From the NCBI GenBank assembly GCA_963665095.1, contig OY762069.1, forward strand, positions 6,112,001 through 6,176,000: a DNA stretch of 64,000 bases, in the 5' to 3' direction. Shown piece after piece: positions 58,010 through 64,000 of this stretch. The translations under genes and the position numbers were made by a program. Every line of letters starts with the position of its first letter. Position 1 is the stretch's first letter. The notes under the pieces were generated by a model that was not told the DNA's origin, did not search any database, and was given only the letters and a program-made list of their open reading frames with translations. This stretch comes from an uncultured Desulfobacter sp. (GTDB taxonomy: Bacteria; Desulfobacterota; Desulfobacteria; Desulfobacterales; Desulfobacteraceae).

Positions 58010-60958
58010 CTATGGCTCAAGGTGTTGACACAGAATTTCCACCGGATGGTATACCGGCTGAAGGCTGAATGCCTCCATCTGCATGCGGCAGGTGGGGCAG
58101 TCTGTGGCTGCCGTGGTCGCTTTGGATATGGAAAGCTGTCCTTTAAGATCGCTGCCGATGCGCTGGCTTAAATCGTAGTTGTCGGCCAGCATGCCCCAGG
58201 TGCCTGCCATGCCGCAGCAGTGGGTGGTCAAGGGCAAAACCGTAAGCCCGGGAAGGCTGGACAGCATCTGAATGGAACTTTGGGCATGGGCAGTGGCTTT
58301 GAAATGGCATGGGGTGTGGTAGGCCAAGTGACCCTCTTGGGGCCGGAGGGTCAGCCGGTCCATATTCTGGCTGACCAGAGTGCTGATATGGGTTGTTTTT
58401 TCAGCAATGGTTTTGACCAGATCCTTTTGTGCTGTGGGAAGCTGGGTATTCAGGGTCATGCCCCAGTAATTGAGCAGGGCGTAAAGGCAGGAGGAGCAGG
58501 TGGTGATAATGTAATCTGCCTCGACTGCACTGCCTCCCCACAGGGTCAGATTTTTTAATACAGCTCTGCCTGCCTTGGCAGCCATGCCCTTGGAGAACAT
58601 GGGAATCCCGCAGCAGCCCTGTTCAGGAACCTTGACATCAAACCCCATGGCAGTAAGAACACGGACTGCTGCCCGGCTGATGCCCGGATTGATATGGGTG
58701 GCATAACAGCCTGCAAAATAGAGGACCTGTTCGGCGCGGGTGCTGTTTTTATGGGTGAAATCCTTTTTTTTAAGGGGATGGGGTGAAAAGGGATCCATGC
58801 GTCGCTGGTGTGATATGCCGGTGACCTTTTCCATGAATTTGCGCAAGGGGCGGTTTTCAAGAAGTGGGCCTGCGATTGCGGCAAAAGGCCGGGCAAGCCG
58901 GGCGCTGTTTTCCACCGAAGTCAGCAGATGGTCGGACAAAGAGATGCCGAACCGCTTCTTGAAATTGGCGCGGGCCTCCATCACAAGGCCTGGAATATCC
59001 ACTTCAGAGGGGCATTCATGGCTGCAGGATCCGCAGGCAATACAATGGTCCAGGACATGGAAAATGCCCCTGGCATAGGCCTCTCGCCTGGCAAAATCCT
59101 GTTCATCCTCTGTGCCTTCCTGCAGAGAGACGGCCTGCTCAAAACTGCCGGAAATCAGGCTGCGCAGGATATTGGCCTTGGCTTTGGGGGCAGCGGCCTC
59201 ATCGCGCAATACCTTGTACACCGGGCACATCCGGGAGGCATGGGTGACGGTGGTGCATTTGGAGCAGCCATGGCATTTTTCAATTTCACGGGTCATGGTG
59301 TCCGGCGGGAAAAGAATGTTGTCATAGGGGTTGGTGCTCCTGTACTCTGGGCCGTATCGCAGAGATGCGAACCGGTAGGCGTCCGGCAGGTTTTGGACGT
59401 CTGTTTCTGCTGCATCCGGATCAGGGACCGCACCGGTGAGAATGTCAGGATTGAGCAGGTGGTCCGGGTCCAGCAGCTCCTTGACCTGTTCAAACAGATG
59501 AAAAATTTTTGGATACAAAGACCGGATATAAACGCTGCGAATCCGTCCATCCCCATGTTCGCCGGAAATGGCACCGCCCAGGGTTTTCACAAGCTCAAAT
59601 ATCCGGTCTGAAATGGTTTTTAAGAGCAGATTATCCTTCTTTTGCTTGAGATTGAGCAGCGGACGGGTATGCAGCAGCCCCTTGGAAATATGGCCAAACA
59701 ACACAAACTGCACGCCTAACTCATCAAGAATCTTATAAATACCGTGAAAGTAAGGTTCCAGCTGATCTGTGGGCACGGTGGCATCCTCAATCAGGGCCAG
59801 CACTTTTTTATCCCCTTTCATCTTGTATAGAATGGGGACCGCCGCCTTGCGGATGCTCCAGAATTTGGCTTTTTCGCTTTCAGAAAATGCAATGTGAATC
59901 CGGTCTGAAAATCCCTTGTCCTTAAGCAGATGTTCCACCTGGTCTGCCTTGGTGCGGCAAGTTTCCTCACGGGCTTCGTCAAAGGCAATGAGCAGCAGGT
60001 TGTCCAGGCCATTGGGCAGTATCTGGTCCAGGTTGGGATCGCTTTTCCGGGCAAGATCCAGAAGGGATTTATCCATGATTTCTATGCTGTTGGGGCCTGA
60101 GGGCAGGATCTCCTGGGTGGCCCGGGCCGAGGCCGTGATATCGTTAAAATAGGCCACCACCAGAATGTCATGGGGATTTTTTTTCGCCAGCCGGAATGTC
60201 AGCCGGGTGACCAGGCCCAGGGTGCCTTCGGCCCCTGAGAACAGTCCGGCCAGATGCAGATGGCCCTCTTCGGAGACAAGCCCGCGCAGATTGTAACCTG
60301 ATGAGTTATACCGGACCTTGGGGTAGGCGGTTTCAATTAACTCTTTATTTTCGCTGTAAAGATGGAACAGGTCACTGAAGGGGGGCAAGAGTTCCGATGC
60401 CATGGTATGGGCAATGCCGGACAGGGTGACCACCTCTCCTTTGGCCGTGACGATTTCAGCATCCAGACAATAATCTCCCACATTGCCGTATTTGGCGGAA
60501 CGGGAGCCTGAAGCATTGGTGGCATACATGCCCCCGAAACTGGCATACTCTCCTGATGATGGGTCAGGGGGAAAGTAGAGATTTGATCCTGCCAGCATTT
60601 CATTGAGTTCCCCCATGCGGAACCCGGGCTGGCATTCAAAGGTTCTGTTTGTAATATCCAGATGGACCAGCTGGTTCATGTATTTGGAGAAATCAACAAT
60701 AATGCCCCGGCCAAGGGCGGCGCCGCACACCCCGGAGCCTGTACCCCTGGCATGCACGGTCAGGTTGTGCGTTTTTGCAAATTTTACGATTTCGACCACA
60801 TCACCGGTGTCTTTGGGGTAGGCTACAGCACAGGGCACCTGTTTAAAAATACTGCCGTCCGTAGCCAGTAAATGGCGTCTGAACATGTCTGTATACAGAT
60901 CGCCTCTGATTGTATCCTGAAGTGTTTCAAAGAATGTCATGGATGGTGTTGCTTTCAC
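58010..60958 (-). CDS. FAD-linked oxidoreductase with 4Fe-4S and CCG domains (GlcD/GlcF-like fusion, YdiJ-like 2-hydroxyacid dehydrogenase)
   Basis: RG.G.G..G, PDPSS, GG...TNA.G, GAEGTLG, SGEHGDG, C.GC.KC...MCP, C..C..C...CP, two CCG motifs. Start may be ATG 60940. Confidence 0.9.
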   Translation of the reverse strand: MKATPSMTFFETLQDTIRGDLYTDMFRRHLLATDGSIFKQVPCAVAYPKDTGDVVEIVKFAKTHNLTVHARGTGSGVCGAALGRGIIVDFSKYMNQLVHLDITNRTFECQPGFRMGELNEMLAGSNLYFPPDPSSGEYASFGGMYATNASGSRSAKYGNVGDYCLDAEIVTAKGEVVTLSGIAHTMASELLPPFSDLFHLYSENKELIETAYPKVRYNSSGYNLRGLVSEEGHLHLAGLFSGAEGTLGLVTRLTFRLAKKNPHDILVVAYFNDITASARATQEILPSGPNSIEIMDKSLLDLARKSDPNLDQILPNGLDNLLLIAFDEAREETCRTKADQVEHLLKDKGFSDRIHIAFSESEKAKFWSIRKAAVPILYKMKGDKKVLALIEDATVPTDQLEPYFHGIYKILDELGVQFVLFGHISKGLLHTRPLLNLKQKKDNLLLKTISDRIFELVKTLGGAISGEHGDGRIRSVYIRSLYPKIFHLFEQVKELLDPDHLLNPDILTGAVPDPDAAETDVQNLPDAYRFASLRYGPEYRSTNPYDNILFPPDTMTREIEKCHGCSKCTTVTHASRMCPVYKVLRDEAAAPKAKANILRSLISGSFEQAVSLQEGTEDEQDFARREAYARGIFHVLDHCIACGSCSHECPSEVDIPGLVMEARANFKKRFGISLSDHLLTSVENSARLARPFAAIAGPLLENRPLRKFMEKVTGISHQRRMDPFSPHPLKKKDFTHKNSTRAEQVLYFAGCYATHINPGISRAAVRVLTAMGFDVKVPEQGCCGIPMFSKGMAAKAGRAVLKNLTLWGGSAVEADYIITTCSSCLYALLNYWGMTLNTQLPTAQKDLVKTIAEKTTHISTLVSQNMDRLTLRPQEGHLAYHTPCHFKATAHAQSSIQMLSSLPGLTVLPLTTHCCGMAGTWGMLADNYDLSQRIGSDLKGQLSISKATTAATDCPTCRMQMEAFSLQPVYHPVEILCQHLEP

Positions 60959-61671
60959 TTTTTTTCAATTCGAACGGCCGTAAATGACAGATGCTCTGCC
61001 ATGGCCCGGGCTGCCTCATCAGGGTTGTGTGCAGCAATGGCGTCGACAATGGCCTTGTGCTGGGAGGTGATCTGGTCATATAGTGTCCCAAAGGATTCCC
61101 CTTCTGGATAGATCCGGTCCGTGACCTTGCCGATCCAGCCAAGAATGGAACTCATCATGTGGACCAGGAATGGATTGTGGGAGGCTACCGCAATCTGGCG
61201 GTGTAGACGGACGTTGCTTTTATACCGGGGAGGATGGCTGCCCTGTTTTTCCGTCATGGCTGTAATAATCGTTTCAAGCTCACGGATCTCTTCATCGTCA
61301 GCCCGGACAGCGGCTGTTCTGGCAGCCCACACTTCGAGAACCGTTCGTATCTCCATAAGACCCTCAATAAAATCGGCCTCCCTGGCCATTTCTGTCATGT
61401 AGTCCAGGACCGGGGTCTCCGTGGCGGATTTGACAAAGGTGCCCTCCCCGTGACGATGGGCCACAAAGCCTAAACATTCCAGGCGCAGCACAGCCTCACG
61501 CACCGAAGACCGGCTCACGTCAAACAGGGTCATCAGCTCCATTTCCGGTGGGATTTTTTCCCCCGGCAGCAGCCGGCCCGAGACAATCAGGTCTTTTATC
61601 TGTTCAAAAACCTTGTCAGAGACTTTTTGTTTGGGAATTTTTTTAAACATGGGGCTCACCGGGCCGGACAT
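60955..61671 (-). CDS. GntR/FadR-family transcriptional regulator
   Basis: G.L.PG.K.P.E.EL...F.VSR..VREA...L...G....HGEGTFV, followed by an FCD domain. Confidence 0.94.
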   Translation of the reverse strand: MSGPVSPMFKKIPKQKVSDKVFEQIKDLIVSGRLLPGEKIPPEMELMTLFDVSRSSVREAVLRLECLGFVAHRHGEGTFVKSATETPVLDYMTEMAREADFIEGLMEIRTVLEVWAARTAAVRADDEEIRELETIITAMTEKQGSHPPRYKSNVRLHRQIAVASHNPFLVHMMSSILGWIGKVTDRIYPEGESFGTLYDQITSQHKAIVDAIAAHNPDEAARAMAEHLSFTAVRIEKK

Positions 61672-61682
61672 GGTAATGCCAT

Positions 61683-63590
61683 TCAGAGGTCAGACTGTTT
61701 TTTCTGGAAAACCGTCAGAATGATAAACAGGACCAGGCCTGCGCCATGGCACCACATACTCGGCCATATCAGAAGAACACCGGCTGCCAGGAAAAACAGT
61801 CGCAAAAACCAGTTCAAAAGGACCAGATGAAAACCTTCAAAAAAGACGGCAAAACTGAAAAGACCCAGCGTGGCAGCCACAGTGACTTCGGCCACCTCAA
61901 GGTAGTGTCCTTCTCCTAAAATAGGGGTGTATACAAACAAAAGCGGAATAATATAGAGCCCTTTGGCAAGCTTCCAGGATTCAAATCCTGTGGCCAGGGG
62001 CTTGCTGCCCGATATACCGGCAGCGGAATAAGCTGCCAGGCAGACCGGCGGGGTGACATTGGCATCCTGGGAGTACCAGAAGATCAGCATATGCGCGCCA
62101 ATAAGGGATGCGCCCAGCATCTCCAGGGACGGTGCCGCCAGAACTGCCAGGACAATATAGGAGGCAGTCACGGGCAGCCCCATGCCCAGGACCAGAGAGG
62201 CCAAAGCAATGAGGATGATGGTGATCATCAGGCTGCCGCCGGCAATACCGGAGATCATGATGGAGAATTTGATGCCGGCTCCCACCATCAGCACCACGCC
62301 GATGACAATGCCGGAACATAAAAGAATTACACCGGTGGAGACCATGCCTGTGGCGCCCTTGGCAAAGGCGTCAAGAATATCTCTGATGCCCATACGGGTC
62401 TTGGGATTGAGCCAGGAGGCCACCACAATGGAGGCAATCCCTACGCAGGCCGCATAGGTAGGGGTGAACCCGGCCATAAGAAGGCCGATGAGAACCACAA
62501 TGGGGATGAAGAAGTGCCAGCCCTCCTTGAGAACATCTGAAATTTTGGGGATTTCGTGATCCTCCATGACCTTTAAGCCCTCTTTTTTTGCTTTCAGGTG
62601 GACAAAAAAGGCAACGCTTAAGAAATATAGCATGGCCGGGATAATGGCGACGGCTACAATTTTAAGATACGGTATCTGGGTCCACTGACTCATGATAAAG
62701 GCGCCTGCCCCCATGATGGGCGGCATGAGCTGGCCACCGGTGGAAGCGGCCGCTTCCACACCGCCGGCAAATTTGGCGGAAAACCCCACCCGTTTCATCA
62801 GCGGGATGGTAATGGAGCCGGTGCCCACGGTGTTGGCCACGGCAGACCCGGAAATAGATCCCATGAGGCCGCTGGCAAATACCGCCATCTTGGCTGGTCC
62901 GCCCACCATTTTTCCCATTACAGAGATGGAGAGCTTGATAATAAAATCGCCGGCACCTGATTTTAAAAGAAACGCTGCAAACAGTACAAAAAGGAACACA
63001 AAGGTGGAGGAGATGGTGGCAATGGTGCCGAAAATGCCGTCCGGCGCAAAATACATCCGGTAGAGCATTCGTTCAACACTTACGCCGGGAAAACTCCACA
63101 TGCCGCCCATGTACTGCCCGAACCACAGGGCATATCCCAGGAAAATCAGGGCCAGGGCCGGGATGATATAGCCGGATGTCCGCCTTGTGATTTCGATCAT
63201 CAGGATAATGGCAATGCCTGCAAATATCAGATCCGATAAAACAGGAACTTCATTTCGGGCATGCAGGGCATCTTCGAAAAAGACCAGGTACAAGGCTGTG
63301 CAAACAGACAGAACCGCCAGTGCCAGGTCAAGCCATTTAAGTCTGGTGGCAAACCGTTCATTAAAGGGATAAATAATGAATCCCATGAACAGGATAAAAC
63401 CGAAATGAACGGCATTGCGCTGGATTTCAGGCATGACCCCCACTGTATTCACCCACAAATGGAATATGGCCATTAGCACCCCGGTCCAGTAAAGCAGTTT
63501 TTCCAGGCCCGGGCTTAACGTCTTTTTAATGACAATGGCTTCGCCGTCCGTATCCTTTTGCGTTGCACCTTGTGCGGCATCTGAGTTCAT
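61683..63590 (-). CDS. TRAP transporter fused permease (TAXI-type 4TM/12TM)
   Basis: GGPAK.AV..S...GS.SGS.VAN...TG..TIP.M, EAAASTGG..MPP.MGA.AF, LGMGLP....Y, TPPV. Confidence 0.95.
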   Translation of the reverse strand: MNSDAAQGATQKDTDGEAIVIKKTLSPGLEKLLYWTGVLMAIFHLWVNTVGVMPEIQRNAVHFGFILFMGFIIYPFNERFATRLKWLDLALAVLSVCTALYLVFFEDALHARNEVPVLSDLIFAGIAIILMIEITRRTSGYIIPALALIFLGYALWFGQYMGGMWSFPGVSVERMLYRMYFAPDGIFGTIATISSTFVFLFVLFAAFLLKSGAGDFIIKLSISVMGKMVGGPAKMAVFASGLMGSISGSAVANTVGTGSITIPLMKRVGFSAKFAGGVEAAASTGGQLMPPIMGAGAFIMSQWTQIPYLKIVAVAIIPAMLYFLSVAFFVHLKAKKEGLKVMEDHEIPKISDVLKEGWHFFIPIVVLIGLLMAGFTPTYAACVGIASIVVASWLNPKTRMGIRDILDAFAKGATGMVSTGVILLCSGIVIGVVLMVGAGIKFSIMISGIAGGSLMITIILIALASLVLGMGLPVTASYIVLAVLAAPSLEMLGASLIGAHMLIFWYSQDANVTPPVCLAAYSAAGISGSKPLATGFESWKLAKGLYIIPLLFVYTPILGEGHYLEVAEVTVAATLGLFSFAVFFEGFHLVLLNWFLRLFFLAAGVLLIWPSMWCHGAGLVLFIILTVFQKKQSDL

Positions 63591-63628
63591 CTTTTTCCTT
63601 CAACCTTAAATTTCAACAAGATAAGGGC

Positions 63629-63667
63629 TGTGGCCGGGGCAGTCTGAAACTGATTTTCCGGCCACAC
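63629..63667 (-). terminator. Hairpin between the TAXI receptor and the permease
   Basis: TGTGGCCGG...CCGGCCACA stem. A second stem lies near 63714-63755. Confidence 0.5.
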
Positions 63668-63756
63668 ACCCAAAAGGAGAAATCCTTATGAATTATTATC
63701 TGGGGAAAAAATAAAAACCAGGGTGGGGAGTCCCCCTGTCCCTGGTATGGTTTTTC

Positions 63757-64000
63757 CTACAACAGGGAAGCAGGAATCTCAAGACCCACTTCTTTATAGT
63801 ATTTGGCAGCCCCGGGGTGCAGGGGAACCGGCAGTCCTGCCATGGCTTTCTTAATAGTCATGACCTTGGTGGCTTTGTGGATGTTTCCCAGGAAGGGCAG
63901 GTTTTCATAGATGGTTTTGGTGATCAGATAAACTGTCTCTTCGGATACCTCCGGGTGTACAGCAAGAAAATTGGGCTGGGCAATGGTATTGATATCCTTT
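63757..64000 (-). CDS. TAXI-family TRAP solute receptor, C-terminal part (runs off the window)
   Basis: Manual translation gives ...INTIAQPNFLAV..V.EE.VY.ITK.IYENL..L..IH.....GLPVPLHPGAAKYYKEVGL...TAG. Not in the ORF track. Confidence 0.9.
   Translation of the reverse strand, partial: KDINTIAQPNFLAVHPEVSEETVYLITKTIYENLPFLGNIHKATKVMTIKKAMAGLPVPLHPGAAKYYKEVGLEIPASLL

Noticed and set aside
63688..63714. Tiny plus-strand ORF MNYYLGKK with AGGAG upstream
   Set aside because: Only eight codons, antisense to the TRAP operon, with no other support.
1..64000. CRISPR arrays, tRNA/rRNA genes, integrases, transposases, prophage genes
   Set aside because: No regularly spaced direct repeats, RNA-gene signatures or recombinase/phage motifs were seen by eye.

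Overview
Bacterial chromosomal segment, most consistent with an anaerobic sulfate-reducing Desulfobacterales/Desulfobacteraceae-type organism (inferred from gene content and protein style, not from a search). It holds about 52 CDS. I found no rRNA, tRNA, CRISPR array, integrase or transposase. From left to right: (1) an AT-rich GGDEF gene and a GNAT gene; (2) a putative amide-catabolism cluster (CoA-transferase, GltS-type symporter, two YtcJ-like amidohydrolases, porin-like protein, TetR); (3) queD-queE-queC and mmuM; (4) a ~17 kb, 15-gene co-oriented operon (14321-31116) behind a highly structured leader, encoding DUF4198, a TonB-dependent receptor, two SAM methyltransferases, an Fe/B12-type ABC importer, a Nik/Opp-type ABC importer and a nitrogenase-like D-K-H reductase with a DPOR-like ligand pattern; (5) a CoA-transferase-GNAT fusion lacking the catalytic Glu, signalling genes, two decayed genes and a cdaA-ybbR fusion; (6) ackA and two paralogous ADP-forming acyl-CoA ligases (one split by a 1-nt shift) around a pentapeptide K+ channel; (7) an islet with a putative PH-domain Ser/Thr kinase; (8) a TAXI-TRAP/GntR/FAD-FeS oxidoreductase operon. 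The operon in (4) is the best candidate for an undescribed system. Two 126-bp ERIC-like palindromes with conserved loops but different stems are also present. All family calls come from motif recognition by eye.
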